A stretch of DNA of 64,000 nucleotides. Origin: Bdellovibrionales bacterium. Lineage in GTDB: Bacteria; Bdellovibrionota; Bdellovibrionia; Bdellovibrionales; JAGQZY01. The notes under the pieces are model-generated. The model was given only the letters and a program-made list of their open reading frames with translations, searched no databases and had not been told where the DNA came from. Below are positions 10,006-19,631 of this stretch, piece after piece. Position 1 is the first letter of the stretch, and each line of letters begins with the position of its first letter. Location of the stretch: positions 4,900 through 68,899 of the forward strand of contig CAXREJ010000044.1 of NCBI GenBank assembly GCA_964229765.1, written 5' to 3'. The position numbers and the translations under genes are program-made.

Positions 10006-10491
10006 TTAAGATCTCATATTCACAAATTGCACTGGGATATCAATTTGTGAACTTTTAATTAAATTAATACATTCTTGTAAGAAGTCGATTTTTTTTGAAG
10101 TGACGCGTACTTTATCATCTTGAATGGCTGGTTGAACTTTTAGTTTTGAGTCCTTGATGATTTTAATCACTTTTTTTGCTTCTTCTTTGTCAATGCCTTC
10201 CACAATTTTTACCGGTTGGCGCCACATATTCCCTGACGCTTTAATGGGATCTTCAAACTTTAGAACTCTCATATCAATACCACGATGATGAACTTTGCCC
10301 TGTAAAATGTCTTTGATAGCATTAAGTTTATAATCATCATCGGCTAAAATAGTAATTGATTTTCTGTCCCATTGAATTTCGCTTTTACTCCCTTTGAAGT
10401 CGTATCTTTGTTGAATCTGTTTACGTGCTTGATTCACAGCATTGTCGATTTCTTGGGTATTCACTTCAGACACAATATCAAAAGAGGGCAT
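10006..10491 (-). CDS. yajQ: YajQ family nucleotide (cyclic-di-GMP)-binding protein
   Basis: 161 aa with the MPSFDIVSEVNTQEIDNAVNQA... N-terminus characteristic of YajQ. Confidence 0.85.
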   Translation of the reverse strand: MPSFDIVSEVNTQEIDNAVNQARKQIQQRYDFKGSKSEIQWDRKSITILADDDYKLNAIKDILQGKVHHRGIDMRVLKFEDPIKASGNMWRQPVKIVEGIDKEEAKKVIKIIKDSKLKVQPAIQDDKVRVTSKKIDFLQECINLIKSSQIDIPVQFVNMRS

Positions 10492-10678
10492 TAAAACTCC
10501 TTACTTATTTTAGTACTGTTTTTTAGCGTGCAGTTTTTACATTTGCAACAGAGAATCACTATCAGAACGAGTTATCTATCTAGGATTAAAAAAACGCAAT
10601 CACTGGATGTAATTCATTGATGTAAATGGTGAACTTTTTATAGAGATTTTAAGTGAGAGTCTTAAGGCGCCTTTAAAG

Positions 10679-11005
10679 TTAACCACCAATTTTTTTCCAT
10701 TTAATTTTAAGTTTGTCTAAAGCGGAGGTCACTTCATCGAGCTTTTCCCCGTGAATTTCAATGGAGTTGTTTTTGTAAGTCCCTCCAACTCCTAAGGACT
10801 TTTTAATTTTCTTCGCTAGTTCCTTGCACCACTTTTGATTATTAGGAAGACCGGCAAGTTCGATAACAGTACGTCCTTTACCAGAAGTTAAACGTCTGAC
10901 CGTTAAAACCAATTGATCTTCGTGGACGGCGACATCTCTGTTTCCCACTTTATTCTTACGTAAATCACCGCGATCATCGCTCCAAACTAATTTATTATTA
11001 GACAT
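10679..11005 (-). CDS. yciH: SUI1/YciH translation initiation factor-like protein
   Basis: Start moved to MSNNKLVWSDD, with a GGGAG Shine-Dalgarno about 10 nt upstream. Contains GKGRTVIEL and a C-terminal SIEIHG region typical of SUI1. 108 aa. Confidence 0.8.
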   Translation of the reverse strand: MSNNKLVWSDDRGDLRKNKVGNRDVAVHEDQLVLTVRRLTSGKGRTVIELAGLPNNQKWCKELAKKIKKSLGVGGTYKNNSIEIHGEKLDEVTSALDKLKIKWKKIGG

Positions 11006-11135
11006 AGAATTGAGACTCCCTTTCATCACACCATAACATTAAATATTTCCGTTGAGAAAAGACCTTTTATCAATTAGCTATCACTTGACTGAGAAATTAT
11101 GAATTCTAAAATGAATTTTTTAAAGGAGTTGTATT

Positions 11136-11591
11136 ATGAGCGTAAATGAAAAGTCTTATCAAAACAAAGAGGTACTGGATCTACTGAGTAAAATCTATCA
11201 ATTTGAGATGTCTGGGATCAGTCAGTATCTTCATTTTTCTTTTATGATCATGGGCTACAATAGAATACCAATTCAAAAATGGTTTCGTGCTAACGCCACT
11301 GAGTCCATGGACCATGCCACTATCATTGGTGAAAAAATCACTTCTTTAGGTGGTCATCCGACATTATCACCATCGAAAGTTGAAGAGTCGAACGATCACT
11401 CGATCTTGCAACTTCTCCATGAAAGTTTAAAGCACGAGGAGCAAGCGATTGGTCTTTATAAAGATCTTGTACGTGTAGCCACAGAACTGGGTGATATTGC
11501 ATTAGAAGAAATGGCCCGTGAATTCGTAAGAACTGAAACCGAGCACATCGACGAAGTTCGTAAGATGATTAGAAAACCAGAAAACGCCTAA
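11136..11591 (+). CDS. bacterioferritin-family ferritin-like protein
   Basis: Four-helix di-iron pattern: E..SGISQYLH, ESMDHA, HEEQAI, ETEHIDE. Confidence 0.7.
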   Translation: MSVNEKSYQNKEVLDLLSKIYQFEMSGISQYLHFSFMIMGYNRIPIQKWFRANATESMDHATIIGEKITSLGGHPTLSPSKVEESNDHSILQLLHESLKHEEQAIGLYKDLVRVATELGDIALEEMAREFVRTETEHIDEVRKMIRKPENA

Positions 11592-11984
11592 TTTTTTTGA
11601 ACTTTATTTTCTTTATAGAAGTTCAACAATGAGCGGGGAGGACAAATGAAAACTTCGCCCGCTCAAAAATATTTTAAAGTCCAAACGAGTCCTCCTAATT
11701 TTATGTGTATCCCCGAAGTAAAGAAGAGTGTCACTAGTGTGAAGCTTATGACTTGTTGGTAGCACCGGCCCATCTGAAGACATACCCTGGTTTAATTAAG
11801 ATAAGAAATTCGTTATATGGAATTTGAGTTCCTCCTTCTGGAACGGGTCGTTTCTGTGTGTAAAAGTTGAAGTCACCCTGGGCGGACAGAAGGTTTTAGG
11901 AGGGTTTATTCTTCTGATATATGTGGAATGAGGGAAGAGGACTCTCTGCTTTATACCTTTAAACAGTGTGGGTATCTCTGAGCC

Positions 11985-12215
11985 CTCAAAGGGTGTAGGC
12001 ATGGGGCCCCGCTGGGAAATGGAGCCTCACTCCTCGCACTTTCCGCTTCGCGGTCCACTTGGAGCCTCATGCCTACGGCATATCTCCAAGCGGTGTGGGG
12101 TTCTCTCGCCTCAGGCCGTCTGGGCCCCGTCTCACTTCGTTCGACTGTTACCAATGGAGCCTCACTCCTCGCACTTCGTGCTGCGGGGTTCTCCATTGGT
12201 TGTCAAAAAAGTGTA
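11985..12215. repeat. cluster of GC-rich hairpin-forming (REP/BIME-like) modules
   Basis: A perfect 24-nt direct repeat, AATGGAGCCTCACTCCTCGCACTT, occurs at 12018-12041 and 12153-12176. Stem CCAATGGAG (12151-12159) pairs with CTCCATTGG (12191-12199). GGGGCCCC/GGGCCCC cores are present. CTCTCGCCTCAGGCC (12103-12117) recurs inverted at 58552-58566. Hairpin CATGCCTACGGCAT (12068-12081) resembles 58523-58538. Confidence 0.8.
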
Positions 12216-12462
12216 CGGGGGGTTGGGTAAAATATTTAGGGAATTCACTAATTATATAAATTCACTCTGAGTTTTGGTAAAAAGGCTTCAGTGCTGTTAT
12301 CAGTTTAATTTTCACTTTCAAATTAAAAGTACTAGGTGATTTTTTAATGCCTAAACTGTTTAGTTGAGCCGATCGTAGGGAAGAGCTTGTTAAGTGAATC
12401 AATATGTTTAAAAAGTTGAAGTGATCGCAACACTAGGATCGTGAATTAAGGGGATTGAGATC

Positions 12463-13206
12463 ATGTTGCAATTACTTACTGTAATTATCGTTTTTTTTAC
12501 TTTTTTTGCTCAGGCTGAACTACCAGAAAACTACCGCTACCGACTAACACTAGAAACTAACACTGGTTACAATGTTCCATTGGCTGAAATTTGTTTTGAG
12601 TTAGAGCAAGATACACTTTCTGCCAGTGAAATGGCTTATACATTCACCATCAATACTCAGATGTACAATGGTGCTTTGGACGGTTCGTTAAGATCAGCCG
12701 CTCCGATGGGTGAGGGGCATAACCCCGTGAGTGTTCCATTGGCAGTGGCCTGCCGTTCGGCTCTGAACTTTTTAGAAGAGTATGACCGTTGGGCCATGGC
12801 GGGTAGCAGTGATGCTGATTTCTTTCACCAAGAACTTGTTAGTATTAAATGGGAAGTGGCCCAATATCTGATGAGTTCTCTTTTTTCTTATTTTGTTGAA
12901 GCGAGTATTATAACCAATCAAAAAATTGTTGAGTTAAATAATGAGCCTCTCGGTATCATGCAAGCTCTGCAATTGATGAATCCTGGATTTCTTTTATCAG
13001 ATAGTTCTAAGTACTTAATGGCGAGACAGGCCCGTGTATTTGAGACGATGGCTCACTTTCAGTATCTTTTTGATGAAGATAATGTTTTTAATCCAGAGAT
13101 CATTGAGCCCCCGATCTTTAGAGAAGAAGATTCAGTCAGTGGTGGTTACGTTTATTATAGTTCCGCTCCTGTTGAAAATATGAACACCGTTTCATTGAAT
13201 CCCTAA
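12463..13206 (+). CDS. secreted hypothetical protein
   Basis: Signal peptide MLQLLTVIIVFFTFFAQA. No family recognised. Confidence 0.5.
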   Translation: MLQLLTVIIVFFTFFAQAELPENYRYRLTLETNTGYNVPLAEICFELEQDTLSASEMAYTFTINTQMYNGALDGSLRSAAPMGEGHNPVSVPLAVACRSALNFLEEYDRWAMAGSSDADFFHQELVSIKWEVAQYLMSSLFSYFVEASIITNQKIVELNNEPLGIMQALQLMNPGFLLSDSSKYLMARQARVFETMAHFQYLFDEDNVFNPEIIEPPIFREEDSVSGGYVYYSSAPVENMNTVSLNP

Positions 13207-13344
13207 TCCACGCAAGACATGACTGCTAATGTTCACTTAGCAGTCCTTAAATCAATGGATTGTCTTTTTAAGCTACGAAAATTCCTATAGTATGATGTAC
13301 TTTTCCATGGATTTCTGTTTTAGTTTGGAATCAAAGGAATTCCT

Positions 13345-14016
13345 ATGGAAAAAGTCATTCAATTTCAAAGTCTCACACAAGCACGCTACCTTTTAAAGGG
13401 AGATATCCATAAAAATAATCGCGTTTACATCCTCAACCACGGGTTTATGTCCACACCTCAAAAAATGATGGATCGTTTTGAAAAGAGATTACCAGAAGAA
13501 AGTCTTATATTGGCGCCTTGCGGACCTTTTCCTGTACCTGTTAAAGAAGAAAATGGTTGGAGAGTGGGTTACTCCTGGTATTTTTATGACGATGTTAATG
13601 ACGAATACTTAATCAACTACGATATTTGCCAAAACTATATGAGTCATCTTCTTAAAGAAATTGGTTTAGCGGACCATAAAAAAACAATTATTGGTTTCTC
13701 GCAAGGTGGCTACAGTGCTGTTCATATGGTTGAGGCCTTAGAGCATGTGACCCACCTTATCGGCATTGGGTGCCGATTTAAAATTGATCAACCCCAGTTT
13801 TCAGACAATTTATTAGTGGAGGCTCTTCACGGAGAAGACGACAATACAGTTGGAATAAAAGGGGCTAGAGAGAGCTTTTTGAATATTCCAGAGAAAAATA
13901 GAGGTCGCTTTCAAGGTTTTGAAGGGGTAACACATCGACCATCAGGTCTGCTTCTTGATACTGCAATTCTGTGGTGCAAAGAAAGATCCCAGCAATTAGG
14001 TGAAGATTTTGATTAA
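13345..14016 (+). CDS. alpha/beta hydrolase (phospholipase/carboxylesterase family)
   Basis: Nucleophile elbow GFSQGG, with later GEDD and H residues in the usual order for this esterase family. Confidence 0.7.
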   Translation: MEKVIQFQSLTQARYLLKGDIHKNNRVYILNHGFMSTPQKMMDRFEKRLPEESLILAPCGPFPVPVKEENGWRVGYSWYFYDDVNDEYLINYDICQNYMSHLLKEIGLADHKKTIIGFSQGGYSAVHMVEALEHVTHLIGIGCRFKIDQPQFSDNLLVEALHGEDDNTVGIKGARESFLNIPEKNRGRFQGFEGVTHRPSGLLLDTAILWCKERSQQLGEDFD

Positions 14017-14512
14017 TTTTTTATTCTCCAGCGATCCTCTCAAATTGTTTCGACCAGAGAAGAAGAACACAGCGAATAAGTACACTGCGACCGAGCTTCT
14101 GGAGTTGAAGCTCTATCAGAGAAAAATCTATAAAAGTAAAATGATGCCTACCCTAGATAACGTAGCCGATGTAGTGCTCAAAAAGAGAACTCACATGGCA
14201 AAAGTTGGATGGATGAAAAACGGCGAACTCTATCGAGATTTGATGTTTGGGAAAAATAAATAGACCAAGGTCATAGAATATAAATTCGGTTAACAAGGGG
14301 CTGTGTTCCGAATTAAGGAGCATACCTCCCAGATTTAATTTAACCTGCCTATAGCTTGGAACATGTATTGCTTCCAAACTACACAGAAAAAGAATGACGT
14401 TGTGTGACGCAGGTCACTCAACCTATCTGTTGAGAACCTTCTTTAAAATAAATAAAAATTTGGTTATGCCATTTATTATATGTTTGCTATCTTTTAGCGG
14501 GGAAAACAGGTT

Positions 14513-15955
14513 ATGAGTAAGAAAGTAGAGTTCGGCGATTTCCAGACACCACTTAGTCTGGCATTGAAATGTACAGATTTGTTAAAAATATCCTACAAGC
14601 CTACTTGTGTTATTGAACCTACATGCGGCTTAGGCTTTTTCTTGGAAGCTGCTGACAACACCTGGGGCCCCAATATTAAACTTTATGGGTATGAAATTAA
14701 CAAAACCTACTTAGATAGCTTTTCAAAACGAAGCCCCAACATTTTTAAGAGGGCAGAAGTTGAACATGCGGACTTTTTTGATCTGCAAATGAGCAAAGTA
14801 GTCGGAGTTTCTAACAATCCATTTATTCTAGGAAATCCACCTTGGGTTACAAATTCGCAGTTAGGTGTTTTAGACAGCAAAAATCTACCAAAAAAATCAA
14901 ACATTAAAGGCCTGTCTGGATTTGAAGCTCTCTCTGGTAAAAGCAACTTTGATATATCAGAGTGGATGATTATGAATCTGTGCAAAGAATTAAGCCCTCG
15001 AAAAGGTGTCCTAGCTATGTTGTGCAAAACGAGCGTGGCACGAAATGTTTTCTTACACAACTATAAAACTGCTATCAAAGATGTAACCTACAAAATATAC
15101 AGAATTGACTCCAAAAAGGAATTTAATGTCTCGGTCGACGCCTGTCTTTTTGTCGCCGATTTTTTAAACGGTGGTGATGAGAAAAAATGTGACATTTATC
15201 AAGAGTTGTCACCAGACTCGTTTGAAAACTCAATCGGAATCAATGACGGTAAAATCATTGCTGATATTGACATGTTTTCCTCGACTCAGGACATGGTTCA
15301 AGGAGCTTCAGATTTAATATGGAGATCTGGTGTAAAGCATGACGCCTCAAAAGTAATGGAGCTTAAGCTAGAGGGTGACCAACTTAAAAATGGATTTGGT
15401 GAATTAGTAGATGTGGAAAGTGATCTAGTCTACCCACTACTAAAGAGTAGTGATATTGCGAACAATAGGCTTGATCCTAGACGGTTTGTTATTGTGACTC
15501 AAAAAAAGGTAGGGGACGATACTATCACTATCAAAGAACAATACCCAAAGCTCTGGAATTATTTAAATAAACATTCTGAAAAGCTAGATGGTCGAAAAAG
15601 TTCGATCTACAAGAAACAACCTCGATTTTCAATTTTTGGTATTGGTGAATATTCGTTTAAACCTTATAAAATAGCGATTTCAGGTTTATATAAAAATCTG
15701 AATTTTAGCCTACTAACACCATTAAATGGAAAGCCTATAATGGTAGATGATACATGCTATTTGCTTGGTTTCGATTCTTTGAAGGATGCAGAATTTTGTT
15801 TAAAAACACTTACATCGAAACTCGTCACTGATTATATTACATCGCTGATATTTTGGGACTCAAAAAGACCTGTAAACTCTGACATACTAAAGTCTATTGA
15901 CCTGGATAAAGCAGCTGGCAGCTACTCTCAGTACTCAAGTGTAGCTCAGGTCTAA
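14513..15955 (+). CDS. N6-adenine DNA methyltransferase (gamma-class order: motif I then NPPW)
   Basis: FGDFQTP near the N-terminus, motif I VIEPTCGLGFFLEAA, motif IV ILGNPPWV, and a long C-terminal presumed target-recognition region. Confidence 0.75.
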   Translation: MSKKVEFGDFQTPLSLALKCTDLLKISYKPTCVIEPTCGLGFFLEAADNTWGPNIKLYGYEINKTYLDSFSKRSPNIFKRAEVEHADFFDLQMSKVVGVSNNPFILGNPPWVTNSQLGVLDSKNLPKKSNIKGLSGFEALSGKSNFDISEWMIMNLCKELSPRKGVLAMLCKTSVARNVFLHNYKTAIKDVTYKIYRIDSKKEFNVSVDACLFVADFLNGGDEKKCDIYQELSPDSFENSIGINDGKIIADIDMFSSTQDMVQGASDLIWRSGVKHDASKVMELKLEGDQLKNGFGELVDVESDLVYPLLKSSDIANNRLDPRRFVIVTQKKVGDDTITIKEQYPKLWNYLNKHSEKLDGRKSSIYKKQPRFSIFGIGEYSFKPYKIAISGLYKNLNFSLLTPLNGKPIMVDDTCYLLGFDSLKDAEFCLKTLTSKLVTDYITSLIFWDSKRPVNSDILKSIDLDKAAGSYSQYSSVAQV

Positions 15956-16055
15956 TTTGACTTTAAATAATCTCAAACTGAGAAAATAAGCAGATCTAAT
16001 TTAGGTGATAATTGAAATATTCCGATATGTAAGGAAACTTTCATTGGAATATTAT

Positions 16056-16535
16056 ATGGACATTTACGAGCAAATAGAAAAGTTTTCTGCTGAAAAACAT
16101 GGAGCTGTAGTCAGCGAAACTAAGAAATCTATTGGAGATTTCATGTTAAATGCTAATCACCCAGTCAATGTAAAGAGCAATAATGTAGATAAAAACAATT
16201 ATTCTCCCAACATGATTTCAGCCAAGCGATTAGTAAAATGGCTAAGCGATCCAAATAATTCTTTGAGCTTTATTTTTATAGACTACAAGGTCGTTAATGG
16301 AAAACCAAAAATTCTACACGATACAGGCCTTGTTCCCGTCGAACATTTAACCTGGGAATGTATGTCTATCCAAGCTCAGGGATGGGGCGTAATTCAAATG
16401 TCTGGTGATTTGAAAATCGACAGCACTCAAAATCGAGAAGTTTTTTTGCGAGGATTAAGATCAGCCTGGGAAATTTTTATTGAAAAAGAACGGCAGAAAA
16501 TGTCAAAGATTGAGGAAATGATTAAAAACCTTTAA
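16056..16535 (+). CDS. putative type II restriction endonuclease partner (function by position only)
   Basis: Lies directly downstream of the methyltransferase. Start moved to MDIYEQIEKF. Has a possible PD-(D/E)xK-like segment GDFMLNANHPVNVKS. No family recognised. Confidence 0.35.
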   Translation: MDIYEQIEKFSAEKHGAVVSETKKSIGDFMLNANHPVNVKSNNVDKNNYSPNMISAKRLVKWLSDPNNSLSFIFIDYKVVNGKPKILHDTGLVPVEHLTWECMSIQAQGWGVIQMSGDLKIDSTQNREVFLRGLRSAWEIFIEKERQKMSKIEEMIKNL

Positions 16536-16898
16536 TAAATTCGCCTCACCATAAATCTCAGCCCTATTTGTAATAGATTGTAGTTGGACCAATATTAAAC
16601 TACAGTCCTTTCAAGAGGTTCCGAGACTTTCATCGCCTCCATCAATTCAAGCTGCTTTAAGGCAATTTGTTTGGGAAAGTATAAACTCTAGTAATTTCTT
16701 TAGCTTATGGGATTGGGCCGATCGCACTATCATTCAAGGCATCCCGTCTAAACACTAGTAAATCACTTCATTCGCATCGAGTTGTAGTAGAGCGCTGTCG
16801 TATAGGGTTACTCAATTACAAAATAGTACTAAAAAATGACAACATATTGCCCGATAATATAAATAAACAAATTATATTTTTACAAAGGGAACTTATAC

Positions 16899-17954
16899 AT
16901 GGCCGACTTAGCTTCACTTAGCATTCACAAAATTGACGAATGCGGGTATTTTGAAAGAGGAGAGAATACTCCAGAATTTGGAAATATCATTGAAATTTTA
17001 GAAGATCTCGATGAGTGGGTACACGAACCAGGGATGACACCTAAACAAACTCAGACCTTTAATGTTGATGAAGAATCAACCTATCTTCCCGTCTATGTTT
17101 TCGATATTTTAAAAAGCAACGTCGGCAACGATTATTTACTTATAACTTGGAATGAAAATGAAACTGCAGAAGGTAGCTTTGCATCTCTTGAAGCAGATGA
17201 GGAAATCGGACAAGCTCAAGTAAGGTCTACTGAAATACCAGAAGATGTTATTCCTGGTTACCCATCTTACTTTTGGTTTCTTCCTAGCTTAGGTTACTAT
17301 GCTTCAATTAGGTTTGGAGGAAGAGTTAATGGTAATCCAGGCATGAAGAGGTACATGAAGGCCTTTATGGAACGATATTCCAGATTCGTGGATTCGGTAG
17401 ATGAACAAGATGAAAGGACACTTGACTCGGAAATTTTAGGGTATTCCGGATATGATGAGGACGAGCCCCGGAATCTTTATGCGAAGTTTGAAACTAGTAG
17501 ACATAAAAAAGATGGGGAAATTGCATACATCAAAAACAACAGGAGCAAAATTCGTAAAATAGTCAGAAAAATTGGGATTGAGCAGACTGCTCCTGTTAAG
17601 AGGTCACTTCTCCAATCCTTTTTTAAAAATCTTGGGATTGGAGAATTTGATACTAGGAGACTTTATGACGCGAATGTTAAGTATGAACTAAACTATAAAC
17701 CGACTGAAGCAGAATTAAATAAGATGATCAAAGAGTGGCGCAGCGCTCATGGCGAAACTTGGGATGATATTGGTTTTTCATTTGAAGGTGAATCTGCGAC
17801 AACTAGGTGGTTTGCAAGCGCTCAGGTAAATAAAGAATTGAATTTAAACCTAAGGTGGAATGACGATCATACTGTTGTTCAAATCGATTCTTTGTTAAAC
17901 TCATTAAGGCAAAACAGACAAGAGATTGAACAACTTATAAAGGAGACTAATTGA
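16899..17954 (+). CDS. hypothetical protein, 351 aa, no recognisable domain (candidate defence component)
   Basis: Clean ORF, acidic and soluble-looking. Its stop overlaps the next gene start in TTGA. Confidence 0.6.
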   Translation: MADLASLSIHKIDECGYFERGENTPEFGNIIEILEDLDEWVHEPGMTPKQTQTFNVDEESTYLPVYVFDILKSNVGNDYLLITWNENETAEGSFASLEADEEIGQAQVRSTEIPEDVIPGYPSYFWFLPSLGYYASIRFGGRVNGNPGMKRYMKAFMERYSRFVDSVDEQDERTLDSEILGYSGYDEDEPRNLYAKFETSRHKKDGEIAYIKNNRSKIRKIVRKIGIEQTAPVKRSLLQSFFKNLGIGEFDTRRLYDANVKYELNYKPTEAELNKMIKEWRSAHGETWDDIGFSFEGESATTRWFASAQVNKELNLNLRWNDDHTVVQIDSLLNSLRQNRQEIEQLIKETN

Positions 17955-18484
17955 AAAAACTGGTTTTAGGGACTATCGCAGTCATTACTATCACTGCACT
18001 GATTATAGCATTAATCTATGGGCATGGAATTTCCATGTCTCATCAGCTTAAGACATTTGACTCGTTAAAAAATGTCGCGGCTATAATTTTCGGAATAATG
18101 GGTGCTTGGATTGCAATAATATACCCTAACTCACTCATAAATGTTTTCAGTAAAAAAAAATCTCAAACCGTCGTCATCCAATTGAAAAGGTTATTTTTCC
18201 CCATGAGAGTGGCAACCATTATCGTAATATCTTCATTGGTTGCCGAATGGCTCAGCCCTGTTCTGCATCAAGTAGAGTATCTGGTTTCACATAGAGAGAT
18301 CGTTAGAACTTTTAGCTTTATAGTTCTAACTGCGTTTGTTCTCTTATTGATTTGGTCTTTAATTCTTACTTTATTCCCCCTTGAGAATGCTGAGGCCAAA
18401 GTGATTGATGAAGATAGTAAGTTAGCATCGGCTGCTAGGAGAAATAGCAGAACAAAAAAGAAAAGACCAGATGTTGAACAATAA
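17951..18484 (+). CDS. small membrane protein with about 4 TM helices and a basic C-terminal tail
   Basis: TTG start overlaps the upstream stop (TTGA). Hydrophobic segments are LVLGTIAVITITALIIALIY, VAAIIFGIMGAWIAIIY, VATIIVISSLVAEWL and FSFIVLTAFVLLLIWSLILTLF. The tail reads RRNSRTKKKRP. Confidence 0.6.
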   Translation: MKKLVLGTIAVITITALIIALIYGHGISMSHQLKTFDSLKNVAAIIFGIMGAWIAIIYPNSLINVFSKKKSQTVVIQLKRLFFPMRVATIIVISSLVAEWLSPVLHQVEYLVSHREIVRTFSFIVLTAFVLLLIWSLILTLFPLENAEAKVIDEDSKLASAARRNSRTKKKRPDVEQ

Positions 18485-18510
18485 CTGCTTGATTGGCTTT
18501 GAAATAATCG

Positions 18511-18765
18511 GCCTATATAGAATATGAAAAAGCGGCGATTTACGTACAGTTTTCAACCCTGCTTGAGGAATCCTCGGAAAACCAAATTATTCCTCTTAGA
18601 GAATTTGCGTCACAGAATCATTTTCAGATAGAAAACGAATACATTGATGAGGGAGTTTCAGGCGCACGAGAAAACCGACCAGCACTCGATCAATTGATTT
18701 TAGGTGCTAAATAAGGGCACTTCCAAGTTTTACTTGTGACCGGGATAGATCGGATCGGCAGATGA
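18511..18765 (+). pseudogene. serine recombinase (resolvase/large serine recombinase N-terminal domain) remnant
   Basis: Manual translation gives ..EKAAIYVQFSTLLEESSENQIIPLREFASQNHFQIENEYIDEGVSGARENRPALDQLILGAK*GHFQVLLVTGIDRIGR*. It matches the AAIYxRxST...Y.DxGxSG...RPxL...DRLxR layout. It has no start codon, Arg replaced by Gln in the catalytic stretch, an internal stop, and truncation after the DRxGR motif. Confidence 0.75.
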
Positions 18766-19016
18766 GTGGCATCTGCATGAGTGAGCAAACCAAGATGTTT
18801 GTCGTTTTCAGCCTTAAGTGTTTTAGCAAATTCTGACCTTTCTTCACCAGATATCTCAGAATCAACCGTTACATCTTCCTTCAGTAACGCCCCCAATGCA
18901 TTTCGATCGAAGAAAATTCTATCCTCATTCGATAGTGCTTCGTTTTGGGCTCGCTCTAACATCCCTTCTAAATACCCCAACTGGCTACATATTTTTTCGA
19001 TTTTGTCTTTGATCAT
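18690..19016 (-). CDS. hypothetical protein (doubtful; overlaps recombinase remnant)
   Basis: ORF-track entry only. No motif recognised. Confidence 0.25.
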   Translation of the reverse strand: MIKDKIEKICSQLGYLEGMLERAQNEALSNEDRIFFDRNALGALLKEDVTVDSEISGEERSEFAKTLKAENDKHLGLLTHADATHLPIRSIPVTSKTWKCPYLAPKIN

Positions 19017-19631
19017 TATTACTCCTATTCCCTAGCTTTGGGATTAACTGTACACAATACGTCTCATTATTATTTGTTAATTTTTGCCAGCACAATGCGC
19101 ATTTTTTTCAGAAAATAGAATGCATCAGCCTTAATACATCGATTACAGCACGTCCCAGCTTATATTTTGGATTCACGAAAGATTTCATGCTCTTTAGATT
19201 CAATGAATCCAATAACCTAAATCAGAGGAAAAATGTCGGAATATATCAAAAGAACCATCAATATTAAAAAGTTGAAATCCTTAACACCAAACGAATTGAA
19301 ATAACGATTGGATAAAGGACTGTAGAAATACTACAAGTTCCTGGTTCAGAACACATACACAGACCTGCATGCTCAAGATGGTTCATTTACATACATAAAT
19401 GGTGCAGACGAATTTTTTCTCGAAACTGGAGGGCCTTCAGACGTCGACATTATCGAACTGAATAAGCAAGCAATTACAACACCTAGATACAATCATTGTT
19501 TAAAATGGAATCCATAAAAGACTACAAATAATTTTTAAGAGAATTTCTGATAATTAAGCGTATAGAGAATCAAAAGAGAGTGTTTTAAAGGCATGAGTCA
19601 TGTTGTTGGAACCACTATTGCAATCTTATTA

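Noticed and set aside
11796-12270. Four overlapping ORFs (68-100 aa) on both strands with Ala/Arg/Pro/Ser-rich products
   Set aside because: They coincide exactly with the GC-rich repeat cluster. Open frames on both strands and repeat-derived peptide repeats indicate translation artefacts rather than genes.
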